NCBI RefSeq assembly: GCF_964204645.1
Contig: NC_134027.1
Location: 13,920,485 to 13,984,484, forward strand
DNA: 64,000 nt
Source: Tubulanus polymorphus
Lineage: Eukaryota > Animalia > Nemertea
Direction of reading: 5' to 3'
How positions within the stretch are numbered: position 1 is the first letter of the stretch; the number at the start of each line of letters is the position of its first letter. This document shows positions 37,160-48,729 of this stretch, piece after piece. A model generated the notes under the pieces. That model searched no databases. It was not told where the DNA came from and saw only the letters and a list, made by a program, of their open reading frames with translations. The position numbers were made by a program, and so were the translations under genes.

Positions 37160-38213
37160 ACAAGGTGCCCATGGGCACAGTTAGATTCAGCGCAGAAGTT
37201 AGTGAATTGAAGGAGTTTATCATATTCAAAACACTAGACCATATATTGGTTTAGTAAGGTGCTCTGTCAGCTTATACGTCTTGGCATGAAATGAAATGCA
37301 TGTTATAAAAGTATTAGGTAATTAGATTTTAAATGGAAAACATTTGTTTATACAAGGAAGAGAAGGGTAAATAAGTATCCCATTTTAAGTAGGCCTAATA
37401 GATTTTGAAATGAAATTCATATAATCATTATAGATTATAAGCGTCCTTAAATAAGGTTTCGTTAAATCAAAAGCATCTCAGATGTCATATTTATATTTTT
37501 GTTGCTGAAACTGAAATCAAATCTAGCTGTATCGGGAGATGAATAAGTATTTTAAGTTCCATACAAACTCTGTCAGGATTTTCAGGATTCAAAGCCAAGA
37601 CCTAAGGCTAATAAATTGATACCTTGTCACTCCACTCATTGCTGAAAAGTTGACACAGCCGGCCACCTATCTACCCCGTACAATACCGTTTTTAAACCAT
37701 GATCAATAATATTTTACAATATCAGAATATTAGATCCGCCAGTTTACAAAATGAAATGATAAAGGTTATCACATTTTACAGCTTAACAAATTCTTTCTGT
37801 GTGGTCGGGTTAATCTATTTTTGCACTACAGTGCGCCAGTTTGACATGAACAATATGTAATTGTGAGCGATATCTATTCGCCAGACAGAAGCGACAGCCA
37901 ACGTTCACTCGTACTATCATTCTATCGGCAAAGCAGATTAAACCACGCCGTACGAGAGAGTGCGTGTCTCTGCACAGACACGAATGCATAAATAATAATT
38001 AATCGAAAAATCGTTTAATCATGACAATTCATTTATTCATAATACATCGTAATCACTCGGGAATCATAACTACCAAAATGTATATTAGCCTTAGAATTAT
38101 GGAACTATTTGTTCAGCGCATGCATACACGTGTGTGCTTCGCACGACAGGCAACATACACAACCGATTTCCAGGCATCGCCATAATAGCTCTCTCGTTCC
38201 TCGAGAGCTAAAA
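37160..38213 (-). mobile_element. HINE-like family 3; a related terminus lies at about 53690-53751
   Basis: acaag end with hairpin gtgcccatgggcac; the other end, aatagctctctcgttcctcgagagctaaaaa, recurs near 53722. Confidence 0.5.
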
Positions 38214-38305
38214 ATGGGTAAGCAATAGATTGAGCTACACCACAAGTTCACTTAAAATAGGTATAATCTTTGTTGGGACAACCTGTAAGGTGGTACATAA
38301 CTTAC

Positions 38306-38378
38306 GTTGACAACATATCAAGAGGAAGTGTCAATAATGAACTGACTGAGCCTGTAAACAACGCACGATAAATGCGAC
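38306..38378 (-). CDS. MARCHF6: MARCHF6 exon: (C)RIYRALFTGSVSSLLTLPLDMLS(T)
   Basis: ctttcag|GT CGC...TCA AC|gtaagt, 73 nt, phase 1 to 2. Confidence 0.96.
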
Positions 38379-38688
38379 CTGAAAGAGAGAAACACTTGGT
38401 ATCACAATCAATGGACGATCACATGAAATTCTCTTATTTATTTGAACAAGAGCCTAGAGATAATCCTGAAATAAAATGAAGCAATTGTGAGTAAGTACAC
38501 TGTTGAATGTAATTATGCGGAAGGCCCCACATAACCTGACCATCATTGTTTAAAAATAATTACTTGTAGCGGAGATGGAGTTAAACATTGCCAACAACAC
38601 CACAATGTAGTAAACATGGAATACCGATAAGAGACTATTGAATACAACTCTTGAATACAATACCAAATAAGATTTAATGACTAAAGTA

Positions 38689-39968
38689 ACTAGGGGTCCA
38701 GGGACGCCATGCCCACTTGGGAAGTGGTTTCAAATGCTCAACAATTTAACGATTTCAACATTCAACGCCCCCTGGTGACCATTTACAAAAACCAATGACC
38801 TTGAAACTCACCACAATCATAGAACATGTCAGCAGCTACGATTTTGTAATTGATTGTGATAACAAAATATGCCTCGTTACCAATTTAATATGGAAATACT
38901 AAGTCATTCTACTATTCAACGCCCCCTGGTGACCATATTCAAAACCCAATGACCTCGAAACTCACCACAATCATAGAACATGTCATGAACTACAAATTTG
39001 CAATTGATCATGGTAACAAAATATGCCTAGGTACCAATATAATAAGGAAATACTAAGTTATTCTACTATTCAACGCCCCCAGTTGACTATATAGAAAAAC
39101 TTATGTCCTTCAAACTCGCAACAATCATAGATGATGTCATGAGCTACAACTTTCCAACTGATTGTGGTTACAAAATATGCATAGGTACGAATATAATAAA
39201 GAAATGCTAAGATGTTGTATTATTCAACGCCCCCTGGTGGCCATATACGAAATCCAATTACCTTGAAACTCACCACAATCATAGAACACGTTATGAGCTA
39301 CAACTTTCTAATTGATTGTGGTAGCAAAATACGCTTAGGTATCAATATAATATGGAAAAACTTTTTCCCACTTACGAATGAGTACTGGTGACACCAAGAT
39401 GGCCGCCAATTGCGTCATAATTGGCTGATGAAAAATACCTGTCTCAGGTATAAAACATCCCTTTCCAAAGAATACCCATCACAAATTGTAATGAGAAATG
39501 GCAAACCAGTAGGAAGCTACAGGACTCAGAATTCGGGCCAAAATTAACATTTTTGGGCACCAAAAAGGTCATAGTACGGCCATCTTGAGTCCGACCGACC
39601 CAATTTTTGATATGCTGATGGGCCCTGGAGGGATTCACATATAACCGAAAGATCAAGGTAATTGATCAACGCGTCTTCAAAATTTCCCTCAAAAAGTTCA
39701 AAAATGTGTAAAAAGTGCTGATTTTGGCGAACAACAATGGCTGCCAGTCGGCCATCTTGATTCTGACAGGGCCAGTTTTTGGGCTGAAGATGTGTCTAGG
39801 GTAGATACATGTGTAAGCCAAATATCAAGACGTTACCTTGAAGCACCTTCAAAACTTCCCAAAATAACTGGATTCCGTCTACGGACGGACGGACGGACAA
39901 CGGACGGACGACGGACGAAAAGTGAACGCAATAGCCCGCTGGGACTAAAGTCCCAAGTGGGCTTAAAA
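38689..39968 (-). mobile_element. HINE family 1, full-length reference copy with four 154-bp monomers
   Basis: Monomer anchor ttcaacgcccc at 38761, 38915, 39069 and 39223; sub-TIRs cccacttggga and tcccaagtggg; (GGAC)n; hairpins at both ends; no TSD. Confidence 0.9.
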
Positions 39969-40385
39969 GGGAAAAAAACTATATTTCCGTATTTCCGTAA
40001 AACCGTATTTCCGTTTTTACATATGTCACTTTTGAAAACATTGCGATGGTCATTCTCATAATAGTTGAGTCTTTACCACTGTTTGCAATTAATCATCTAG
40101 TGCTATATGCATCAGCATCTGGGAGACAAAAATAATTGCTGATTTTCCAGACATATGTGGCAGACATATATCAGGCGTCTTGGAGGACATACATGATCCA
40201 AAGTCTAGCTCTTCAGATTATTACAGCAATGTAGGCCAACGAACTGAAATATCATCTGGAATACAAAAACCAACAGACACGGACAAACGGATATATATGG
40301 GAACTGACAGACAAGGTGGACACTAGCCCCTAAGATTGGAAGATTCCTTGGTATATGGGTTATTAAAAATTGGATTACCACTTAC

Positions 40386-40529
40386 ATGCAGTTAAAGGAA
40401 CGACACCAAGCCACGCAAAGGCTACTAAAGTGTAATGCAACCAGTATCGTACTGCGCGTCCAACGCTGACAAAGAGACCACTGAAAATATCCTTAATCGG
40501 CAGCCTTTTAGGCATGTCTGGTGAATAAA
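40386..40529 (-). CDS. MARCHF6: MARCHF6 exon: (I)YSPDMPKRLPIKDIFSGLFVSVGRAVRYWLHYTLVAFAWLGVVPLTA
   Basis: tttcag|TT TAT...GCA T|gtaagt, 144 nt, phase 1 to 1. Confidence 0.96.
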
Positions 40530-40611
40530 CTGAAATTTACAGATGTATGTTAATGATGGTTTTTGCAACATGCAATGCATAGTATAGACCGGAGCACGAA
40601 ATCTTACTTAC

Positions 40612-40685
40612 TTGGAGTGAATGCAAACGGATGCTTACATAATTCACAATATTCCTTACGACTATATCTTAACCACTGAACCAAA
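40612..40685 (-). CDS. MARCHF6: MARCHF6 exon, second half of the RING-CH domain: LVQWLRYSRKEYCELCKHPFAFTP
   Basis: tttcag|T TTG...CCA A|gtaagt, 74 nt, phase 2 to 1. Confidence 0.96.
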
Positions 40686-41208
40686 CTGAAATGAAAAGCA
40701 ACTGAGAAGTGAATAATTAATAATGCATGGATGTGTTAGTTACAGGATAGTTTTAAGGCTGGCTTAGGTCGACAAACGACGCGATGCCGAACGACCCAAC
40801 TGAGAATACCCACAATCGCAGCCCAGCTTATATCGACTGCGCTCCGATTCCACGCAACTGAGACTGACTAGTGGGATACGGAATCCGACCAGTTGCTTCC
40901 CTGCTTATGTCAGTTACGATTATTGGCAACTGATCTGGTTCAGATGGTCACGTCATAAGCATTTTGAGAATTAGTTTAATTAGGGTTTCTGCTGCTCCTG
41001 CAGAAACCCTATTGTAATTCTGGGGCCGGTTTCACAAAGCGTAATTAACCCTTAATTATGATTAAATCACTAATCATGATTAAATTATCATGATTAAATT
41101 AAGTTAGGTGTTTCACAAAACGTAATTATCTTTAATTATAATTAAGTTAATTACAAAATTTAATTCTCCTCTAGAGTGTAATTAAACCATTTAATCATGA
41201 TTAGTATC

Positions 41209-42417
41209 CAGGGCTGCCAACCTTTCAAAATTCCATTTAGGGATGAATGGCAGATTAATTAGGAATATTGAAGGTTTCAATAGGAATATATCGAAACCGA
41301 AGAAATTGTGACTTTTCCAAGTAGGAATATTTTGCTTTCAATTAGGAATACCTTTCACGTGTAATATATGAAAGCTGGATATGAAAATATGGAATTATTA
41401 GCAAAATAAAAAATCAGCAAATTCTACAGAATGTATTTTTTCTTTATTATTTTATGAAAGATAAAAATCAACAGTGTTTATCAAAAATATACAATAGACT
41501 AAAAAATAAGAACATAAAACTGGCATAAATTGTCAAACGAATTACATAACACTATACAGCTGTCATGCGAATATATCCATTTCCAGCATCAATTCCACGA
41601 TACTGTCCAAGAGAGACTCCACGTACAGAACTGAAAGATACAAACAGTAAAAAGTCTCTAAATCTACATGCTACTCGGTGGTGCTGCCATCTGCCAAATA
41701 TGCGAACTAAAAGTTTACTTTGAGATGCACTGCTCAAAAGCATCTTAAATTATCTTTTTAAATCAAACTAACACAAGAGTGACAACATTAAGGTTCAAAC
41801 TAGCAAAGCAATTGCTTACCGAAACATTTCAAAGAGTCCATACGTTGAAATCTAACCCGGATCTTCGAATGCTAATCGCGCTGCGAAAACGAGCTAATTA
41901 CCGCAGTAAACCGATTCTTCTCCGAAACGATGCGGAGCAATTTGACAATAACAATCACATTTTGCCACATGTCATAATATTTTCACAAAAATGATTGAAA
42001 ACAACGTATTTTAAAACGAATGAACTTTATTTTTATTCTTGAAACAAATTAAAAAGCTGCTCTCCTACTACGAAATAATCGTACGCCATGCGTAGATAAA
42101 ATCAATAACACAGCTACTCTCATACACACACACGCACGCACGCACGCGCGCGCTAGTAAGCGCTGTTTATCGCCTGACCCACGTACACAGTATATAGCCA
42201 CGCACTCATCCACCGCGGGCGTGCATATAAATTCCCCACCTATTCAATTCTGTTCTACCAAATCATCATATTGTGTTACAACGCGCTGGCGGGTGGAAAA
42301 TCGGACATCGCCGAAAAAGAAAAAAAAGTCGGAATTTTGTATACCCGATCGTATCGTCGGAATTTCTTCACGCAAATCGGGAGGATTCCGAATAATTCGG
42401 GAGGGTTGGCAGCCCTG
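41209..42417. mobile_element. 1.2-kb non-autonomous DNA transposon, 6-bp TSD (copy 2), nested in the Harbinger
   Basis: Same TIRs as 28088-29290; AGTATC at 41203-41208 and 42418-42423. Confidence 0.92.
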
Positions 42418-42440
42418 AGTATCTAGGAAGGTTTATCAAG

Positions 42441-43791
42441 ATGGCTGCTGCGATTATTTATGAACGTTTATTTGTTGGTCAACAAAGGCAATTCAGACAC
42501 AGATTCGAATTCATTAATTCACTTAACGATGAGGAACTGAGACAGCGTTATAGATTCGGGAGAAGGGGAATCGATTTTATCCACGATATAGTCAAAAACG
42601 ATTTGGAAAGGCAAACAAGGCGATCACACGCAATTGATTCAAAAGTTCAACTATTGATAGCCCTTAGGTATTATGCCACTGGAGCTTTCATGAACGAGAT
42701 CGGGGATTCCTTTGGCGTGTCCAAAGCCACAGTTTCCCGTTCAATAACTGATGTGACAGATGCCATCTGCCAACGGAGAAATGCATTTATACGATGGCCT
42801 ACTACCGCTGAAGAAATAGCAGTAAACAAAGAGAAATTCCATGAAATTGCTGGGTTTCCTGGTGTCATTGGGGCTCTTGACGGGACCCATATTCGAATTC
42901 AGCGTCCTGCCATAGATGAACCTGTTTATATAAACAGAAAACGCTACCCGTCAATCAATGAACAAGCTATCAATGACAGCGCAGGTGAGTTATGTTTTAT
43001 ATTTGTTCCGATTGTACAATGTTATTTTTTCAAATCAACCTTTCATTTTACCTTTCATTATATAGGCCTCATAAGAAAATATTTTTAATAAGTCAAACCT
43101 TGAAAATCTAAATAAGCCCATTCTAATTATAGGCAAGTTTATAAATGTTGTTGCCGCCTGGCCAGGATCTACCCATGATTCTCACATATTCCGAACTTCG
43201 CAAATTGGACAGTAAGTTTATATAGGCTATAGGCAGGGAGTCGGTGTTAATTGGATCGCATGAATATACCAACAATGATTTTTGTATTAGGTACCTCGAA
43301 GAAAACCATAGAGGAATTGAGGTAGATGGTATACTTTTAGGTGATAGTGGCTATGCCTGCCGACCATACCTCTTGACACCTTTCCTCAACCCAGCTGGAG
43401 CACAACAAGAAAGGTAAGCAATGTGAAAACCGGTAGACCTTATGTTTCTTAAACAAAGAACGGTATTTCGATCTTATTTATAATTTTTTCTGTTTCTTTT
43501 TCAAGATACAATATAGCTCACAAACGCACACGATCCACAATAGAACGCGTATTTGGGGTGACAAAAAGGCAATTTCACCTCCTCCATGGAGAGATACGCC
43601 TTGAACCAGCTAAGGCGTGTAAGATGTTTGTCGCATGTGCCATACTCCACAATATAGCAATCATGTTGAATGAACCAGTTGTAGCCGCTGAACGAGAAGA
43701 TCCTGATGACGCCGGTGATGTAGGCCAAATCTACAATGGACCAGATACTGGAAGGGCTTTCAGAGATCATTTTGTACAGACGCATTTCTAA
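42441..43791 (+). CDS. Harbinger (HARBI1-like) DDE transposase, 4 exons (42441-42984, 43133-43211, 43291-43413, 43506-43791), 343 aa
   Basis: GT-AG introns give an uninterrupted 1032-nt frame with [37 protein letters not shown] and CAILHN. Confidence 0.92.
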
Positions 43792-43934
43792 CACCACACT
43801 AATCAACATAATTTATTTTGTATAAACAGCTAATCATTTTAATAATATGACACAGTTAAACGAACGAATGATAACACTTTTCTGATATTTACAATGTTTT
43901 TCATTAAAGATTGATAACGTAAGACTGAGGCTGT

Positions 43935-45422
43935 TTATTCTTTTGAAACTTCTATCGTTGCTCCTGTTGACTTCTGCAGTGCGATAATTTCCAGTTGAAG
44001 TTTAGCATTCTCTAGTATGCGATTTTGCTTTTCTAGCTTCAAACATTCAACTTGCAGTTGTAGCCGCTCACAATCCAGCTTGATACGTTTCCTGTCCTCT
44101 ATAAGGTTTCTACACTGCTCCCGCGTTACGTCTCCTGCAGATCTTTTGGGTGATGATCGAAATGAAGATGAAACCTTTGATGAGGATGGGACTGATGGGG
44201 CATTGGGTGGAGGCGAACTTATCATGTCGTCAGCCACGTCATTGAACGAATGTTCCTCAATGAGACTTGAATCTGAAAATAGAAATAGTCGATATTAAGA
44301 ATATTTGACTAAAGATGTGTATGTTTTATATATCTCAGTGGAACAATAAAACTATATTCTCAATCCAATCCTTTTTATATTCCCGGGGATATGATTTCAA
44401 ATGACTGAATCAATTATTTGTATTCATATAATAAGCATTTCATAGAACTTCTTTGCACTGTGATTTGAAGTTGTATGTAACAATCTGATTGATTAATTCA
44501 GCCCATTCACAGTCATGCTACTACTACTAGATTTTCAGTAACAATACAGTAAGGCACCGAGGAGGGTACACTGAGCAGTGCTTAAAGCTCTATGAGTTAA
44601 ATGTTGGAATTAATTGTGATTACACTCGGGATTTAATTAATACACTCAAAACTTTGCAAAGGCAAACGCTTATGGTACGGATATAGTTCATAAAACTTCC
44701 GATTGAGGTGAGTTTGCAAAATTTCCCAGCTCAAAATTGTTTTAGACCAAGTGACAACTTGACACCCCTTCAAGTGCCAGTGGACCACACTGGCCTTGCA
44801 CCCCTATTTAGGCTATAGGCTATCTAAATGGATCCATTTGTCTTGAAAGCTCATGGGGAAGCTGCCAGACGACAAAATCATACATGATGACGGTTTCTTA
44901 AACCACGAATCCCTTCAAAAAAGAATCAAATAGTTCATTTAAAATCAAATAAAGATTTTCGTACTTACACGTATCATCATTCTGCTGAGCATCATTCAGT
45001 AGTTCTATACCTACACCAGTTTCCAGTCCACCGCTTATACCACTGAAATTTGGCTTTTCGTGCATAAAATCGACGATCATTTGGCTCGTTTCATCCAAAT
45101 TAGATGGCGGTGGTCCACCTCCAGTGACTGAAGTCTGTCGTTTCTGGTCACTTCTGGCTCTCTTGGCCTTCATCTGAAGATTGTTCCACAGAGTTTTCAG
45201 TTCACTCACAGTTCTTGACTCAATTCCGATTGAACATATTTTCTTTTGGATATTTATCCAACATTCATTTTTTCTTTTTGCTGTCAAATTACTACTCAAT
45301 TGACCGAATAGGATATCATATTTCTCCCTCACCAATTCCACGAGCATATTCTTTTCAGTTGAATTGAAATTGGCTTTTCTTTTTTTAGGGAGCAAATCAC
45401 GATCATTAGTACTTTCGGCCAT
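43935..45422 (-). CDS. Harbinger ORF2, Myb/SANT-like DNA-binding protein (exons about 45422-44969 and 44272-43935)
   Basis: KRKANFNSTEKNMLVELV...KNECWINI...ELKTLWNNL...TGGGPPP; phase-compatible gtaagt donor and tttcag acceptor; coiled-coil C-terminus. A middle exon is not excluded. Confidence 0.85.
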
Positions 45423-45951
45423 TTTGAATATAGTATAACTAATTACATAATTAAGTTGCCTAATTATGTAATTAGTTAATTTTGTAATTAAACCCTTTCG
45501 TGAAACCAAATTTTAATTGTAATTAACTAATCATGATTAAGGAAATTTAATCATGATTTAGGTCCTAATTATAATTAAAGTTAATTATGCTTTGTGAAAC
45601 CGGCCCCTGGTGATTATTAATCATGATTATTATCATTAGGGTTTTCTGACTAAGGTCGAAAACCCTTTGTAATTCTGTTGATTATAATTATTACTATTAT
45701 TAGGGTTTCCTGACTTTCGTCAAAAACCCTCTTGAAGTCAGAAAACCCTCTTGTAATTCTGTTGATTATTATTATTAGTTATTTATTATTATATATAATA
45801 TATGTTATTTATTTCCCGCCTATTTTCGTCAAATAAAATCCATCTTCATTCAGATTCGGCAACTGACAGCTTCTAAAAGAAATGTGTGCATTGGTACTGT
45901 AATAACGGTCTCTCTGAACCAACAGATTTTCTAAATGAACTGTCTATCCTA

Positions 45952-47207
45952 GGGTACTTCTAAAGTACGAAACTACGAAATTAAGAAATATGCAACGAAA
46001 TTACGAAATATGAAACGAAATTACGAAATATGACACGAAATTACGAAATGCTAAAGTACGAAATGAAATACTATACGAAATGCTAAACTACGAAACGAAA
46101 TGGTCATTTTTTCGCGGGTCCTGCTAAAGTATAAAATGAGCAGCGGATTCGTGGAGCTGGCTTAAACATGCGCACACGGTCTAGTCTGGCAGGGTTCCGT
46201 GCCGCGACTGAGTTTAGCGATGCCATCAGGGAGAATGATCTGCGCATGCTCATATACAACTGGAAGGTAGAGATTAATAAATTACGGGTTAAAGAACAAA
46301 GTGTGCCTTAAAAAATATCCTGCAGTGTTTAGGCTAAAAAATTGATACCTCGTTTCTCCTCTGCTGAGGAGCTTCAAAGTCTGGATTTTTTAGTTTGGAA
46401 AAGAAAATTCACAGCCGGAATTTTTTCAAATTGCTCGTCACTACACTGTTAAGCCGTAAAAAGATCGTCATGTAGTCCATGTGTAGGGCCTATCATTTCA
46501 CTATGCTTTACCGCGTCTGAGTTCGTGGAAATGGCGCAGCGTATTCATTATTTGTTTTTGAGAACATCCTTCAAGTTTCTACTAATTGTAGGCGTTCTTA
46601 AAACCCTCCAGTTTAACCCTTTCAGTGCTGACTAATCATTATCCCATAGTGCTGGGGATAATGTGAAAATTTTGAAAAATTCCACCCTAGTGTGTTGAAT
46701 AACGGGAATACCACTATAGTGCGTCTACACCGCGGCGCGGTGTATCGTTAGTTACTAGTATTTAACTATGCTTGACAGGTGCTGCCATCTTTCAGTAGAT
46801 CTAAAAACTGATTACTAATTACATCAATACACCGCAGTGCGGTGTACTAGCAAAATCCACCACCGATTTATACACCGCACTGCGGTGTAGACGCACTGAA
46901 AGGGTTAAGAAAATAAATTCTTGAATATGGTACTTTCAAAAGATCATTTACATGCACCGCCGAGATTTTTACAGTCCCGTAGCGTTATAACGAGCTTTGA
47001 CCATAGTATGGGCGTGTGTTTGAAATGTGACCATTTCGTTTCGTATTTCGGTTCGTATTTTAGCACTACTGGCAAAAAAATTTCCATTTCGTAATTTTGT
47101 AATTTCGTTTCGTATTTCGTAATTTCTTAATTTCGTAGTTTCGTAATTTCGCTCCATATTTCGTAATTTCGTTTCACATTTCGTAATTTCGTACTTTAGC
47201 AGGACCC
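45952..47207. mobile_element. Foldback/MULE-type non-autonomous element with repetitive long TIRs and a 10-bp TSD
   Basis: GGGT...CTAAAGTACGAAA termini, (ACGAAATT)-type repeats in both arms; GTCTATCCTA at 45942-45951 and 47208-47217. Confidence 0.82.
46617..46904. mobile_element. piggyBac MITE (288 bp) nested in the foldback element
   Basis: TTAA|CCCTTTCAGTGC...GCACTGAAAGGG|TTAA; three internal tacaccgc...gcggtgta palindromes. Confidence 0.88.
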
Positions 47208-47792
47208 GTCTATCCTATTTGAAACTTAAAGTATGTTACTAGGTTACTGTCAATAAAGAATTGAATTGAACCTGAATGCACGTGTACCGATAATTCGTCC
47301 AAAAGAGGAATGCTCCGAGAATATCAGGTCCAAGTCCAAGACTTCACAAGTCCGGCGTTCGCGAGTCCTACAGGTTTACGAGCATTCGTTTGTTGTAACT
47401 TCTTTTATATTGTTATTTTCTTGTTATAGCGGTTATTTTATTTAAGTATATTGCCGAGCTGTTCATGTAACCAAAGGTGTCAATAAACAATTTTTGATTT
47501 GATCAATTTTGAAAATCAAGGTTGCTGAGTCGCGGGTCTAGAATAACGTTCGACTACATTCAGACATTCAGCTTCAGAGAGAAAAGAAACGAGAGCCTAC
47601 CGGAACACACAGTTGACAATAAGTGTTAGGTCTGTGCCGGTTGGTGTGTACTGGGACAAAAATATACCGGGTGGTCAGTTGGTTCGGTTGTGAAGTGTGG
47701 AAACTAAGTAAGCCTACCGCACTGGTAATTATTTGTCTATCTTGTTGATCTTGATCTTGGGCCTATTGTAGTAGCCAATACCATTTTAAGTA

Positions 47793-48098
47793 CGAAGTTG
47801 TTACTGTACGTGACTGTACGGTAATCTCCACAGGTTAACCCTACGTGAGTTCCTTTAATCTACGTATGCATATGTGAGAAAGAATAGGGTTTGGGTTAGG
47901 TGAGGCTATAGGCCTATGTAAATTAACTTTCATCAACCTTGCAGTTGTGTTCTGTGGCTCAGTTGGTAAATCACTGGACTACTGTTGGATTTTTTCATTT
48001 GGTTTCGATTCCCAATATTGCAAGTCAGAGTGTCAACGTACATGCATACAGCTAACCTGTGGAAATCACCGTACAGTCACATACGGGTAACTCCAGCG
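47793..48098. mobile_element. 306-bp MITE with a 9-bp TSD (MULE-like) containing a tRNA-like segment
   Basis: TTTTAAGTA at 47784-47792 and 48099-48107; imperfect TIRs of about 50 bp (gttactgtacgtgactgtacggtaatctccacaggtta). Confidence 0.7.
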
Positions 48099-48729
48099 TT
48101 TTAAGTATTAAGCGAGTACGATAAGCCTACCATGCCTACGTACTACAAACACAACTTTTTCCCTCTCGTCGGCCCTACACTGATGTTACTATCACTGGTG
48201 CCATTATCACATGGATAGGATTTGGTCAGGACTAGCCTAAAATCTTATTCAGTCTATTGCAATATTCACTCGATATTGTCAAAACAATACAGTGAAGAAT
48301 TCACACGAAGAAAGGCTAATTGATTTGAGCCCTGCGATTAAATTTTGCTAAGGCCTTGTCTGACCTGCTGACATTTATATTCAAGCCTAGATCCAAAACC
48401 TTCGCGTGGTCATGGCTTGTATTATACCACGGCTTGTATACCGATTTCTAGTCCTTGACTGATAATTGTACAGTACAGCTGTATGCATTATAACAATGGG
48501 AATAGCTAGGGCCTATTGATTGGGCTTATTATTTCCTGCTTTAGAATATTGAAATTAAAGCCTAACGTTCATTCAAACATCCAACATCGGATGTTAAGTT
48601 TGAAAACTGTATACATGTATTGTTTACAATATAGGTTTTCATGTTCTATGAATATTTTGCAGTTCAAATTGGTTTATGCGGATTCCATTGTCAAACACAT
48701 GAAATCAAATGGTTAAGGGCAGTCAACAC

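Larger units (their letters stand above)
41023..45606 (+). mobile_element. PIF/Harbinger DNA transposon with two convergent genes
   Basis: TIRs GGGCCGGTTTCACAAAGC and GCTTTGTGAAACCGGCCC; CTG 3-bp TSD (41020-41022 and 45607-45609); subterminal TAATCATGATTA palindromes at both ends. Confidence 0.94.

Noticed and set aside
38761-39400. Regularly spaced repeats that could be mistaken for a CRISPR array
   Set aside because: Whole 154-bp monomers are homologous with no unique spacers, there are no cas genes, and the context is a eukaryotic intron.
47950-48025. Functional tRNA gene
   Set aside because: A- and B-box-like words are present, but the acceptor and anticodon stems do not pair convincingly.
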